DNA from: Malacoraja senta
Taxonomy: Eukaryota
DNA length: 64,000 nucleotides
NCBI GenBank assembly: GCA_038087875.1
Contig: JAXLNO010002915.1
Coordinates: 1-64,000 of the forward strand
Direction of reading: 5' to 3'
Positions 24,425-39,392 of this stretch are shown in pieces. The notes below the pieces were generated by a model. It was not told where the DNA came from and did no database searches. It worked only from the letters and a program-made list of their open reading frames with translations. The position numbers were made by a program, and so were the translations under genes. Numbering within the stretch: the stretch's first letter is position 1; each line of letters begins with the position of its first letter.

Positions 24425-25399
24425 ATGTTAAAAATTATTGTTACTCAAATTATTCACCCTCTAACCTACATTATTCCAGTATTATTAGCCACAGCATTCT
24501 TAACCCTAGTAGAACGGAAGATCTTAGGCTATATACAACTTCGTAAAGGACCTAATGTAGTAGGACCTTACGGCCTTCTCCAACCAATCGCGGACGGACT
24601 AAAACTTTTTACCAAAGAACCAGTACGCCCTTCACACTCCTCTCACTTTCTTTTCCTAATTACCCCAACCACAGCCCTAACCTTGGCCCTACTCATATGA
24701 ATACCACTACCACTACCCCACTCTATCCTTAACCTTAATCTAGGTTTACTATTTATTCTAGCCATCTCCAGCTTGACCGTTTATACCATCCTAGGCTCAG
24801 GCTGAGCCTCCAATTCTAAGTACGCCTTAATAGGAGCCCTACGTGCTGTAGCACAAACTATTTCATATGAAGTAACCTTAGGCTTAATCCTACTATCCCT
24901 AGTAATTATAACAGGAGGCTTTACACTACACACATTTAACTTTACCCAAGAGACAATTTGACTTCTTATCCCCGCCTGACCCCTGGCTATAATATGATAT
25001 ATCTCAACCCTAGCAGAAACTAACCGAGCTCCCTTTGACCTCACTGAAGGGGAATCAGAACTAGTCTCTGGATTTAATATTGAGTATGCAGGAGGACCAT
25101 TCGCCTTATTTTTCCTAGCTGAATATTCTAATATCCTAATAATGAATACATTATCCGTCATTCTATTTATAGGCATCTCCTATAACCCCCTATTTCCACA
25201 AATTTCAACACTCAGCCTTATAATTAAAGCCACTATATTAACTCTCCTATTTTTATGAATTCGCGCCTCCTATCCACGATTTCGCTATGATCAACTCATG
25301 CACTTAGTATGAAAAAATTTCCTACCACTTACATTGGCCCTTATCTTATGACACATTATACTACCAACTTCCATAGCAAGTCTCCCACCCCTTACCTAA
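24425..25399 (+). CDS. ND1: ND1, copy 2
   Basis: Copy 1 +16723. Confidence 0.96.
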
Positions 25400-25469
25400 G
25401 GAAGAGTGCCTGAACTAAAGGATCACTTTGATAGAGTGAAACATGAATGTTAAAATCATTCCCCTTCCT
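25400..25469 (+). tRNA. trnI: tRNA-Ile, copy 2
   Basis: Copy 1 +16723. Confidence 0.9.
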
Positions 25470-25540
25470 TAGAAAAATAGGAATTGAACCTACCCCCTAG
25501 AGATCAAAACTCTATGTACTTCCTGTTATACTACTTCCTA
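25469..25540 (-). tRNA. trnQ: tRNA-Gln, copy 2
   Basis: Copy 1 +16723. Confidence 0.9.
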
Positions 25541-25541
25541 A

Positions 25542-25610
25542 AGTAAAGTCAGCTAATTAAGCTTTTGGGCCCATACCCCTACCATGTTGGTTAAAATCCT
25601 TCCTCTACTA
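25542..25610 (+). tRNA. trnM: tRNA-Met, copy 2
   Basis: Copy 1 +16723. Confidence 0.9.
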
Positions 25611-26657
25611 ATGAACCCCCTCGTACTATCCATCCTTATCCTTAGCCTAGGTTTAGGCACTACAATTACATTCATAGGATCCCATTGACTTTTAATTTGG
25701 ATAGGCTTAGAAATTAATACTATAGCCATTATCCCCCTAATAATTCATCAACAACACCCACGTGCAGTAGAAGCCACCACCAAGTACTTCCTCACACAAG
25801 CAACAGCTTCTGCACTTCTCCTATTTGCAGGAATAACAAACGCCTGAACAACAGGACAGTGGAATATTACTGATATACTTTCACCAACCTCCGCCACACT
25901 AATTACATTAGCCCTAGCCTTAAAAATTGGTCTAGCACCCATACACTTCTGACTACCAGAAGTCCTCCAAGGACTAAACCTAACCACCGGACTTATCCTT
26001 TCCACATGACAAAAACTTGCCCCCTTTGCCATCCTACTCCAACTTTATCCACTTCTCAACCCAAACATTCTTATAACTCTAGGAATTGCCTCCATCATCA
26101 TTGGGGGGTGAAGCGGACTCAATCAGACACAATTACGAAAAATTCTAGCATATTCATCAATTGCACATCTAGGATGAATAATCACTATTATTCACTTCGC
26201 CCCTAACCTAGCCTTACTAAACCTTGTTATCTACATTATTATAACCACCTCAATATTCCTTCTCTTTAATACACTCAACTCAACAAAAATTAACTCAATC
26301 TCCGTATCCGCCACCAAATACCCTCTGCTCACAATTATATCCTTAGTAACCCTACTCTCGCTAGGAGGACTACCCCCTCTCTCTGGATTTATACCAAAAT
26401 GACTTATTTTACAAGAACTGACTAAACAAAACCTCCTGGTTCCTGCCACTATCATAGCCTTAGCAACCCTACTTAGCTTATTTTTTTACCTACGCCTCTG
26501 CTACGCAATAACCTTAACTATCTCCCCCACCCCTATCTTCTCCTTCTCCTCCTGACAAACAAAAACTACTCAAATAAACATCTTACTCACAACCACCACC
26601 TCCTTCTCCATCCTCCTCCTCCCTCTCACCCCAACACTATTAACATTATTCACATAA
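25611..26657 (+). CDS. ND2: ND2, copy 2
   Basis: Copy 1 +16723; ATG seen at 25611. Confidence 0.95.
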
Positions 26658-26725
26658 GAAATTTAGGTTAACAAGACCAAAAGCCTTCAAAGCTTTCAGT
26701 AGGAGTTTAAATCTCTTAATTTCTG
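26657..26725 (+). tRNA. trnW: tRNA-Trp, copy 2
   Basis: Copy 1 +16723. Confidence 0.9.
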
Positions 26726-26726
26726 A

Positions 26727-26795
26727 TAAGACTTGCAAGACTCTATCTCACATCCTCTGAATGCAACCCAGATGTTTTAATTAAACTAAAGTCTT
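26727..26795 (-). tRNA. trnA: tRNA-Ala, copy 2
   Basis: Copy 1 +16723. Confidence 0.9.
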
Positions 26796-26868
26796 CTAGA
26801 TAAGCAGGCCTTGATCCTACAACATCTTAATTAACAGCTAAGCGTTCAAGCCGACGAACTTTTATCTA
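26796..26868 (-). tRNA. trnN: tRNA-Asn, copy 2
   Basis: Copy 1 +16723. Confidence 0.9.
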
Positions 26869-26904
26869 GGCTTCTCCCGCCGCCGGAAAAAGGCGGGAGA
26901 AGCC
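26869..26904. other. OL, copy 2
   Basis: Copy 1 +16723. Confidence 0.9.
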
Positions 26905-26968
26905 CCGGGAGAACCTTTTCATCTCCGTCTCAGGATTTGCAATCTTGTGTAAACTTTACTACGGGACT
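26900..26968 (-). tRNA. trnC: tRNA-Cys, copy 2
   Basis: Copy 1 +16723. Confidence 0.89.
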
Positions 26969-27038
26969 TGATAAGAAGAGGACTCTAACCTCTCTTCACG
27001 GAACTACAGACCGCCGCTTAACTCTCAGCCATCTTACC
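26969..27038 (-). tRNA. trnY: tRNA-Tyr, copy 2
   Basis: Copy 1 +16723. Confidence 0.89.
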
Positions 27039-27039
27039 T

Positions 27040-28596
<1,557 letters not shown>

Positions 28597-28667
28597 CAAG
28601 AAAGGAAGGAATTGAACCCCCATAAGTTGGTTTCAAGCCAACCACATCACCACTCTGTCACTTTCTT
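28597..28667 (-). tRNA. trnS2: tRNA-Ser(UCN), copy 2
   Basis: Copy 1 +16723. Confidence 0.9.
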
Positions 28668-28736
28668 GAGACTCTAGTAAAACAATTACATCACCTTGTC
28701 AAGGTAAAATTGTGGGTTGAACTCCCACGAATCTTA
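28668..28736 (+). tRNA. trnD: tRNA-Asp, copy 2
   Basis: Copy 1 +16723. Confidence 0.9.
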
Positions 28737-28741
28737 AACCA

Positions 28742-29432
28742 ATGGCACACCCATCACAATTAGGATTTCAAGACGCAGCCTCCCCAATTATAGAAGAACT
28801 TCTCCATTTCCATGACCACACATTAATAATTGTTTTTCTTATTAGTACACTAGTTCTCTATATTATTGTTGCAATAGTAACTACTAAACTGACTAATAAG
28901 TATATCTTGGACTCACAAGAAATTGAAATTGTATGAACCATTCTACCCGCTATTATCCTCATTATAATTGCACTGCCCTCATTACGAATCTTGTATCTAA
29001 TAGACGAGATTAATGACCCGCATATTACAATTAAAGCATTAGGTCATCAATGATATTGAAGTTATGAATATACAGATTATGAAAACTTAGAATTTGATTC
29101 ATATATAATCCAAACTGAAGACTTAAACCCCGGACAATTTCGACTCCTAGAAACAGATCACCGTATGGTTGTTCCAATAGAATCCCCAATTCGAGTTCTA
29201 GTCACCGCAGAAGATGTCCTACACTCTTGAACGGTCCCAGCACTCGGAGTAAAAATAGATGCAGTCCCCGGACGCCTTAACCAAGTCGCCTTTATCATCT
29301 CCCGTCCCGGTGTCTATTATGGACAGTGTTCAGAAATTTGTGGTGCTAACCACAGCTTTATACCAATTGTTGTTGAAGCAGTGCCCTTAGAACACTTTGA
29401 GAATTGATCTTCATTAATACTAGAAGAAGTTT
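28742..29432 (+). CDS. COX2: COX2, copy 2
   Basis: Copy 1 +16723. Confidence 0.96.
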
Positions 29433-29505
29433 CATTAAGAAGCTAACAGGGTCCAGCATTAGCCTTTTAAGCTAAATATTGGTGATTCCCAACCACCCTT
29501 AATGA
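29433..29505 (+). tRNA. trnK: tRNA-Lys, copy 2
   Basis: Copy 1 +16723. Confidence 0.9.
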
Positions 29506-29506
29506 C

Positions 29507-29674
29507 ATGCCTCAACTCAATCTTAATCCATGATTCTTAATCTTTCTATTTTCCTGATTGTTTTTCCTGATTGTCTTACCACACAAACTGACATCTTACC
29601 TATTTAATTATGCCCCTACCCCAAAAAATACTGAGAAACAAAAACCAGAACCCTGAAACTGACCATGATCCTAA
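29507..29674 (+). CDS. ATP8: ATP8, copy 2
   Basis: Copy 1 +16723. Confidence 0.94.
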
Positions 29675-30348
29675 ACTTCTTTGACCAATTTCTAAGCCCT
29701 TCACTTATAGGTTTACCCCTAATTGCCCTAGCAATCGTTATACCAGCACTAATTTTCCAAACCCCCTCCAATCGATGACTTAACAATCGCCTAATTACCC
29801 TACAAACATGGTTCATTAACCGATTTACGCACCAACTCCTACAACCACTTAACCTCGGAGGTCACAAATGAGCCATTATTCTTACAGCACTTATACTTTT
29901 CTTAATTACTATTAATCTATTAGGACTTCTTCCTTATACATTTACACCAACAACACAGCTCTCATTAAATATGGCCTTTGCCCTCCCCCTATGACTAACA
30001 ACAGTTTTAATTGGTATACTAAATCAACCCACTATTGCTCTAGGTCACCTCCTCCCAGAAGGTACCCCCACCCCTTTAATCCCAGTTCTTATCATTATCG
30101 AAACTATTAGTCTATTTATTCGCCCCCTTGCCTTAGGAGTCCGACTTACAGCCAACCTTACAGCAGGACACCTACTAATACAACTAATTGCAACAGCAGC
30201 CTTTGTATTAATTTCTACTATACCGGCAGTAGCACTCTTAACTTCTATTGTATTATTCCTCCTCACCCTTTTAGAGGTCGCCGTAGCCATAATCCAAGCC
30301 TATGTATTTGTCTTACTCCTAAGCCTATATTTACAAGAAAACGTCTAA
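29665..30348 (+). CDS. ATP6: ATP6, copy 2
   Basis: Copy 1 +16723. Confidence 0.95.
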
Positions 30349-30350
30349 TA

Positions 30351-31136
30351 ATGGCCCACCAAGCACACGCATATCATATAGTTGACCCAAGCCCATGACC
30401 ATTGACAGGAGCCATTGCTGCTCTCCTCATAACATCTGGCCTAGCCGTTTGATTCCATTTCCACACCATATCACTCCTTCTTCTAGGACTTATTCTCCTT
30501 GCTCTTACAGTTATTCAATGATGACGAGATGTTATCCGGGAAGGGACATTTCAAGGTCATCACACCCCACCAGTACAAAAAGGTCTACGCTACGGAATAA
30601 TTCTGTTTATTATATCAGAAGTATTCTTTTTCCTTGGGTTTTTCTGAGCATTCTATCACTCAAGCCTAGCCCCCACCCCTGAATTAGGAGGCTGCTGACC
30701 CCCAACAGGAATTAACCCTTTAGACCCTTTCGAAGTTCCACTACTTAATACTGCTGTACTCTTAGCTTCCGGAGTCACAGTTACCTGAGCCCACCACAGT
30801 ATTATGGAAGGAAATCGAAAAGAAGCCATTCAAGCTCTCACACTCACAGTTGTTTTAGGTTTTTACTTTACAGCTCTTCAAGCAATAGAATACTATGAAG
30901 CCCCATTTACCATTGCCGACGGGGTTTACGGAACAACCTTCTTCGTAGCAACAGGCTTTCATGGTCTCCATGTTATTATTGGCTCAACATTTCTTACAGT
31001 ATGTCTACTACGCCAAATCCTCTTTCACTTCACATCAGAACACCATTTTGGCTTTGAAGCCGCTGCATGATACTGACACTTTGTCGACGTAGTATGACTA
31101 TTCCTCTATGTATCAATTTATTGATGAGGCTCATAA
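30351..31136 (+). CDS. COX3: COX3, copy 2
   Basis: Copy 1 +16723; ATG seen at 30351. Confidence 0.96.
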
Positions 31137-31137
31137 T

Positions 31138-31207
31138 ACTTTTCTAGTATAAACTAGTACAAATGACTTCCAATCATTCAATCTTGGTTCAACTCCAAGG
31201 AGAAGTA
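31138..31207 (+). tRNA. trnG: tRNA-Gly, copy 2
   Basis: Copy 1 +16723. Confidence 0.9.
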
Positions 31208-31556
31208 ATGAACCTCATTACATTATCTATCGCCATCCCCGCCCTCACTTCCCTAATCCTGGTATTCATCGCATTCTGACTGCCAGCTCTTAACCCAGAT
31301 AGTGAAAAACTATCACCTTACGAATGTGGATTTGATCCCCTAGGCTCTGCACGTCTCCCATTTTCCCTCCGATTCTTTCTAGTAGCGATCCTTTTCCTTC
31401 TATTTGACTTAGAAATTGCCTTACTTCTCCCCTTACCATGAGGAGACCAACTCTGCTCCCCACTTATTACAGCCCTCTGAGCCTCTGTCATTATTATCTT
31501 ACTCACCCTAGGCCTCGTCTATGAATGACTTCAAGGAGGCCTTGAATGAGCAGAAT
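31208..31556 (+). CDS. ND3: ND3, copy 2
   Basis: Copy 1 +16723. Confidence 0.94.
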
Positions 31557-31626
31557 AGGTGCTTAGTCCAAAAAAAGACCATTAATTTCGACTTAGTAGA
31601 TTATGGTGAAAACCCATAAGTACCTT
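31557..31626 (+). tRNA. trnR: tRNA-Arg, copy 2
   Basis: Copy 1 +16723. Confidence 0.9.
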
Positions 31627-31923
31627 ATGACTCCTATTTACTTCACAATTACCTCAGCATTTATTCTCGGCCTTACAGGATTAGCTTTTAACCGCTCCCA
31701 TCTCTTATCTGCCCTTATCTGCCTTGAAGGGATAATACTCTCCTTATTCATTGCAATTGCTATTTGATCTATAACAATAAGCTCCCCCTCTTTATCCTTA
31801 GCACCTATAATTTTACTAACATTCTCAGCCTGTGAAGCAAGCTCTGGCCTAGCTCTTCTTGTAGCCGCCACACGCACCCACGGAACAGACCATCTTAATA
31901 ACCTCAACCTTCTACAATGCTAA
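31627..31923 (+). CDS. ND4L: ND4L, copy 2
   Basis: Copy 1 +16723. Confidence 0.94.
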
Positions 31924-33297
31924 AAATTCTTATTCCTACTTTACTTTTATTCCCAATTTCATGAATTTCACCCAAAAAATGAATGTGAACTTCAACTATT
32001 TCTAACAGTCTCTTAATTGCCTCATTCAGCCTAATCTGATTTAAATGAGACTTCGAGATAGGCTGAAACCACTCTAACCTTTTTTTTGGTGTCGACCCCC
32101 TTTCAGCCCCCCTACTTACACTCACCTGCTGACTCCTTCCACTCATACTCCTCGCCAGCCTCAAACATTTAACCTCCGAACCCCATAAACGACAACAAAT
32201 CTATATTTCCTTACTCATCACTCTACAAGCCCTCCTAATTATAGCATTTAGTGCAACAGAAATGATCCTATTTTATATTATATTTGAAACAACACTTATC
32301 CCAACCCTTATTATTATTACACGATGGGGAAACCAAACTGAACGCCTTAATGCCGGTATCTACTTTCTATTTTATACCCTTGCAGGCTCCTTACCCCTAC
32401 TAATTGCCCTACTTGTCCTACAAAAAGACTTAGGTACTTTATCTATGCTCATCTTACAATACCCTAACATTACAAATCTTCACTCCTGAACTAACAAATT
32501 CTGATGAACTGCCTGCCTAATTGCCTTCTTAGTAAAAATACCCCTCTACGGAGTTCATCTCTGATTACCAAAAGCTCATGTAGAAGCCCCCATTGCCGGC
32601 TCCATAATTCTAGCTGCAGTTCTCCTTAAACTAGGAGGTTATGGTATAATACGAATTATTGTCATACTTAATCCGCTCACAAAAGAAATGGCCTATCCTT
32701 TCCTAATCCTAGCAATTTGAGGCGTTATCATAACTAGCTCCATTTGTCTACGACAAACAGATCTTAAATCCTTAATCGCCTACTCATCAGTCAGTCACAT
32801 GGGCCTTGTAGCAGCCGCCATCCTAATTCAGACCCCATGAAGTTTCGCAGGTGCCACAACCCTTATAATTGCCCATGGATTAGTTTCATCAATACTCTTC
32901 TGCTTAGCTAATACTAACTATGAACGTATCCATAGCCGAACGCTACTACTAGCCCGAGGGACCCAAATTATTTTACCCCTCATAGGTACAACATGATTTT
33001 TAGCTAACTTAGCTAACCTCGCCTTGCCCCCCAGCCCTAACCTCATAGGAGAACTACTTATCATTTCCTCATTATTTAAATGATCAAACTGGACTATCAT
33101 CTTAACAGGCACCGGTGTTCTACTAACAGCATCCTATTCATTATATATATTCTTAATAACACAACGGGGCCCTACACCTCAACACTTACTCTTCTTAACC
33201 CCCTCACACACACGAGAACATCTACTAATATACCTTCACCTTATCCCCACAATTCTCCTCATTACCAAACCAGAACTCATCTTAGGATGAACATTTT
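31917..33297 (+). CDS. ND4: ND4, copy 2; carries private G>A at 32289
   Basis: Copy 1 +16723; ORF track shows FETTLIP vs FEATLIP. Confidence 0.95.
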
Positions 33298-33366
33298 GTG
33301 TTTATAGTTTAATTAAAACGTTAGATTGTGATTCTAAAAATAAAAGTTAAAATCTTTTTATTCACC
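33298..33366 (+). tRNA. trnH: tRNA-His, copy 2
   Basis: Copy 1 +16723. Confidence 0.9.
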
Positions 33367-33433
33367 AAGAGAGGTACGGAACAAAAAGAACTGCTAATTC
33401 TTTTACCCATGGTTCAACTCCACGGCTCACTTA
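33367..33433 (+). tRNA. trnS1: tRNA-Ser(AGY), copy 2
   Basis: Copy 1 +16723. Confidence 0.89.
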
Positions 33434-33505
33434 GCTTTTGAAAGATAATAGTTATCTATTGGTCTTAGGAACCAAAAACTCTTGGTGCAACTCCAAGCAA
33501 TAGTC
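33434..33505 (+). tRNA. trnL1: tRNA-Leu(CUN), spans unit 2/3 boundary
   Basis: 16711..16782 +16723. Confidence 0.9.
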
Positions 33506-35341
33506 ATGAACTCAATTATCTTTAACTCTTCATTCCTATTAATTTTCATCATTCTTCTTTACCCCTTAATAACATCTATTACTGCACCCCAAGAATCCAC
33601 CAGCCCTAGCTGAGCATCCACTCATGTTAAAACAGCCGTTAAACTCTCATTCTTTGTTAGCTTAATTCCCCTGTCCCTGTTCCTTGACCAAGGAGTAGAG
33701 TCTATCACCACCAATTGAAACTGAATTAACCTTGGGCCAATAAATATTAATATAAGCTTTAAATTTGACCTCTACTCCATCATCTTCACACCAGTAGCCC
33801 TCTACGTCACATGATCTATCCTAGAATTTGCACTCTGGTATATATATACAGACCCAAACTTTAATCGCTTCTTTAAATATCTCCTTCTTTTTCTTATAAC
33901 AATAATTATCCTTATCACTGCCAATAACTTATTTCAACTATTTATTGGCTGAGAGGGAGTAGGCATTATATCCTTTCTCCTAATCGGCTGATGATATAGC
34001 CGAGCAGACGCTAACACCGCAGCCCTACAAGCAGTGATTTATAACCGCATCGGGGATATTGGGCTCATCCTAAGTATAGCCTGACTAGCCATAAATCTTA
34101 ATTCGTGAGAAACTCAACAAATATTTATTCTATCTAAAAATATTGACTTAACTTTACCCTTGCTAGGCCTAGTACTAGCTGCTGCTGGGAAATCAGCACA
34201 ATTTGGCCTCCATCCATGGCTGCCATCAGCCATGGAGGGGCCTACGCCAGTCTCCGCCCTACTTCATTCTAGCACAATAGTCGTAGCCGGTGTATTTCTC
34301 CTAATCCGGCTTCATCCCCTAATCCAAGATAATCAGCTAATCTTATCAGCTTGCCTATGCTTGGGAGCATTAACAACCCTATTTACAGCTACCTGTGCCC
34401 TCACCCAAAACGATATCAAAAAGATCGTAGCCTTCTCCACATCTAGTCAATTAGGCCTCATAATAGTGACAATCGGCCTAAATCAACCCCAATTAGCCTT
34501 CCTCCACATCTGTACACATGCCTTCTTTAAAGCCATACTCTTCCTTTGTTCCGGCTCTATTATTCACAGCCTAGACAATGAACAAGATATCCGAAAAATA
34601 GGTGGACTTCATAAACTTCTACCATTTACTGCCTCATCCCTCACAGTTGGTAGTCTAGCCCTAACAGGCATACCCTTCCTATCTGGTTTCTTTTCAAAAG
34701 ATGCCATCATCGAAGCCATGAACACATCTAACCTAAACGCCTGAGCCCTAACCTTGACCCTACTGGCCACCTCCTTCACTGCTATCTATAGCCTTCGACT
34801 TATTTTTTTCACATTAATAAATTCACCACGATTTACCCCCTTTATACCCATCAATGAGAATAACCCCATAGTGTTAAAACCCATTAAACGCCTAGCCTAC
34901 GGAAGTATCCTAGCCGGTCTCCTTATTACTTCTAACATAACACCAACCAAAACACAGATTTTAACAATACCCCTCACCCTTAAACTATCCGCCCTCCTAG
35001 TAACAATTATTGGCCTCCTCTTGGCCCTAGAGCTTGCTAACCTCACTAAACATCAACTTAAAATCTCCCCAACCATGCCCACCCATAACTTCTCTAATAT
35101 ACTAGGCTACTTCCCACCAATTTTTCATCGCCTCTACCCAAAAATTAACCTTCATTGAGCTCAAACTATCTCCACCCATCTGATTGACTTAACATGAAAT
35201 GAAAAAATGGGACCTAAAAATAAACTCGTCCAACAAACATCCATAATTAAACTCCTTACATTACCACAACAAGGCTTTATTAAAATTTACCTCATAATCT
35301 TCTTCCTAACACTTACCCTCGCTACCTTAATTATAATTTAA
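33506..35341 (+). CDS. ND5: ND5, copy 3
   Basis: Copy 1 +33446. Confidence 0.96.
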
Positions 35342-35856
35342 ACCACCCGCAATGTCCCTCAAGAAATACCGCGAGTTAACTCCAACACAACAAACAAAGC
35401 CAAAAGCAACATTCAACCACTTAATATTAATAAATAACCTCCATAAGAGTATAATAAAGCCACACCACTAAAATCCCCACGGACCACCTCCAAACCATTA
35501 ATTTCATCACCACCAAACCACCCTCACTCCCAACCCCCCACAAAATGTTTATTAACATACATTAAACCCCCAACATAAAATAGAACATAAATTAATACCG
35601 ATCAATCTCCCCACGACTCAGGGTAAGGCTCCGCAACAAGTGCCGCAGTGTAAGCAAATACAACCAACATCCCCCCCAAATAAATTAAAAATAAAACTAA
35701 AGATAGAAAAGAACTTCCAGAACTTACTAATAGACCACACCCCACGCCAGCAGAAATTACTAAACCGAGGGCAGCATAATAAGGGGAAGGATTTGAAGCC
35801 ACTGCTACTAAACCTATAATAAAACCCAACATTATAATAAATACTAAATAAATCAT
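35338..35856 (-). CDS. ND6: ND6, copy 3
   Basis: Copy 1 +33446. Confidence 0.95.
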
Positions 35857-35857
35857 A

Positions 35858-35926
35858 AATTCCTACTTAGATTTTAACTAAGACCGATAATCTGAAAAAC
35901 TACCGTTGTTATTCAACTACAAGAAC
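35858..35926 (-). tRNA. trnE: tRNA-Glu, copy 3
   Basis: Copy 1 +33446. Confidence 0.9.
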
Positions 35927-35929
35927 CTA

Positions 35930-37072
35930 ATGACCATAAATATTCGAAAGACCCACCCATTATTTAAAATTATTAACAGCTCACTTATTGATCTTCCAAC
36001 TCCAATTAACATCTCAATTTGATGAAATTACGGCTCACTCCTAGGACTTTGTCTCATTATCCAAATCCTTACTGGCCTCTTTTTAGCTATACACTACACC
36101 CCAGACATCTCCTCTGCTTTCTCCTCAGTTATTCATATCTGTCGAGATGTAAATTACGGATGACTCATCCGCAATATTCACGCTAACGGAGCCTCACTCT
36201 TCTTTGTTTGTATTTATATTCACATCGCCCGAGGTTTCTACTACGGATCTTACCTTAATAAAGAAACATGAAACATTGGAGTCATCCTGTTATTTTTACT
36301 AATAGCCACAGCCTTTGTCGGCTATGTACTACCCTGAGGACAAATATCATTTTGAGGGGCAACAGTCATTACAAACCTCTTATCAGCTTTCCCTTATGTC
36401 GGCAACATTTTAGTCGAATGGATCTGAGGGGGCTTTTCAGTAGATAATGCTACCCTTACCCGATTCTTTGCCTTCCATTTCTTATTCCCATTTTTAATTA
36501 CTGCACTCACCCTACTACACCTTCTATTCCTCCACGAAGCAGGCTCCAATAACCCTACTGGACTTAGCTCTAACACAGATAAAATTCCATTTCATCCCTA
36601 TTTCTCCTATAAAGACCTTGTGGGTTTCTTCATTCTTGCCTTCCTATTAACCCTACTGGCTCTATTTGTACCCAACCTATTAAGCGACACAGAAAACTTC
36701 ATCCCAGCGGACCCATTACTCACACCACCTCATATCAAACCAGAATGGTACTTTCTATTTGCCTACGCAATCCTCCGCTCCATCCCCAACAAACTTGGAG
36801 GCGTCCTTGCTCTACTATTTTCAATCCTTATTCTTATATTGGTACCCATATTACATACATCCAAACAACGAAGTGCCACATTTCGACCAATCACCCAAAC
36901 CTTATTCTGAACATTACTCACAAACACTATTATCTTAACATGAATTGGGGGCCAACCAGTAGAACAACCATTCATTATTATCGGTCAGATTGCCTCAATC
37001 ATCTACTTCTTCTTATTTCTCATTCTACTTCCTCTTGCCGGCTGGTGAGAGAATAAGATTCTAAATCTTTAA
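35930..37072 (+). CDS. CYTB: Cytochrome b, copy 3
   Basis: Copy 1 +33446. Confidence 0.96.
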
Positions 37073-37075
37073 TAT

Positions 37076-37148
37076 GTTCTGGTGGCCTAAAAACTAAGGC
37101 ATTGGTCTTGTAAACCAAAAATTGGAGGTGAAATGCCTCCCCAAAACA
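37076..37148 (+). tRNA. trnT: tRNA-Thr, copy 3
   Basis: Copy 1 +33446. Confidence 0.9.
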
Positions 37149-37156
37149 AACCATAT

Positions 37157-37225
37157 TCAGGAAAGAGAGGGTTGAACTCCCACCCTTGGCTCCCAAAGCC
37201 AAGATTCTGCTTAAACTGTCTCCTG
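37157..37225 (-). tRNA. trnP: tRNA-Pro, copy 3
   Basis: Copy 1 +33446. Confidence 0.9.
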
Positions 37226-38284
37226 AAATAGACCAGTATTTGCTGGTCGTCAATTTTGGCATAGTTAGTCAGATAGACATATATATTATTAGGTCCACAT
37301 ATATCTAATATGTACATAGTACATTACTATGTATAATACTCATTAACCGACTGTCCACTATTTCATTATATTATATGTATAATACTCATTAGTAAATGTC
37401 CAACTATTACATTATATATAATTTTTAACCCCCACTTTTATGATATTCACCAGAATCATTACTAATTATCCACTCAGTTACCTCATTCTTCTCTTAATCG
37501 TTAAACTGTGGCATACGTTCTTAAATAAGTAATATATTAATATTAGTTAATTGTTAGGGCTGGCGAGAACCGACCAATACCCTAATATATCCCCCTTTGC
37601 ACGGTTTGTGGTATCGATCTTGATTTATTCCCCAGAACTTGTTCAAATGCCCACATTAGGCACCCTTTTACAGGCTAACGTCTCTTAATCGCGTCAGTCT
37701 TATACTTCCTCTAGTTCCCTCGGTTGTCATTCTACTCTTAATCGTCTCAAGATTTCCAGTCCTCCCAGTTTTTTTAGGGGGATGAGACAATCACTAACCC
37801 TCCAGACTTCTCTGTCGGGTTGCGGCCGGAACACACAGTGAAATTGGTCCTATCCTCAACATAATATCACAAAAACCTCGCTACTTAAATCATTCGCTGG
37901 TCTTCTACTTGTCAAATTAGGCAGTACTCACAAACTAAGGCCCATTAAGTAATTTAACTCTCATCCATAGATATGAAAAATTGAATATAAATTTAATAAA
38001 GACATTTTATTAAACCTCATACTATTAAGAATAAATATTTGATTAATGGGAAAAACTAAAAACTCATAACCACAAAGATCTATATATAGGCATAAACTAT
38101 ATTATATAGGTCCCCCCGGGTCGGGAAAAAAAAAAAAGGCCAATAACATTTTTTTGGGAAAAACCCCCCTCCCCCTTAATATACACAGCTATCTCGAAAA
38201 ACCCCTAAAACGAGGGCTAATGTATATTTATTTCTGCATTGACATGTGGTAAATTTCGTCATATACAGTGTGACACTATGCCAT
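37226..38284. promoter_or_regulatory. Control region, copy 3
   Basis: Copy 1 +33446. Confidence 0.94.
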
Positions 38285-38353
38285 GCTAGTGTAGCTTAAT
38301 GCAAAGCATAGCACTGAAAATGCTAATATAAAGTTTAAAACCTTTCACAAGCA
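38285..38353 (+). tRNA. trnF: tRNA-Phe, copy 3
   Basis: Copy 1 +33446. Confidence 0.9.
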
Positions 38354-39320
38354 CTGAAGGTTTGGTCCTGGCCTCAGTATTAATTTCAACTAAATTTACA
38401 CATGCAAGTTTCAACACTCCAGTGAGAACGCCCTAATCAAGCCCTTATTTGTTTAGGAGCTGGTATCAGGCATATACAGTGTGTATAACCCATGACACCT
38501 CGCTTAGCCACGCCCCCAAGGGAATTCAGCAGTGATAGACATTGAATAATAAGCGCAAGCTTGAATCAGTTAAAGTTAAAAGAGTTGGTTAATCTCGTGC
38601 CAGCCACCGCGGTTATACGAGTAACTCACATTAATACTTCACGGCGTAAAGGGTGATTAAAAGTTTCTAAAAAGTACTAAAGTTATAACCTTATAAAGCT
38701 GTCATACGCACCTATAAAAGGAATAATACATTCACGAAAGTAACTCTAACCAAATAGAGCTTTTGACCTCACGACAGTTAAGACACAAACTAGGATTAGA
38801 TACCCTACTATGCTTAACCATAAATAGACCTTTACCACTACTTACTTTGTTTAAGTCCGCCTGAGAACTACAAGCGCTAGCTTAAAACCCAAAGGACTTG
38901 GCGGTGCCTCAGACCCCCCTAGAGGAGCCTGTTCTATAACCGATAATCCACGTTAAACCTTACCACTTCTTGCTTCTACCGCCTATATACCGCCGTCGTC
39001 AGCTCACCCCATGAGGGCACAAAAGTAAGCACAATGGACTTCCTCCAAAACGTCAGGTCGAGGTGTAGCGAATGAAGTGGAAAGAAATGGGCTACATTTT
39101 CTTTCAAGAAAACACGGACAGTAGAATGAAAAATCACTTATAAGGTGGATTTAGCAGTAAGAAAAACTTAGGATATTTTTCTGAAACCGGCTCTGAGGCG
39201 CGCACACACCGCCCGTCACTCTCCTCGACCTATCCCACTCCATTTTATAAATAACTTTATTATTCAAGAGGAGGCAAGTCGTAACATGGTAAGTGTACTG
39301 GAAAGTGCACTTGGAATAAT
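38354..39320 (+). rRNA. rrnS: 12S rRNA, copy 3
   Basis: Copy 1 +33446. Confidence 0.95.
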
Positions 39321-39392
39321 CAAAATATAGCTAAATTAGTAAAGCACCTCCCTTACACCGAGGAAATACCCGTGCAACTCGAGTTATCTTGA
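39321..39392 (+). tRNA. trnV: tRNA-Val, copy 3
   Basis: Copy 1 +33446. Confidence 0.9.
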
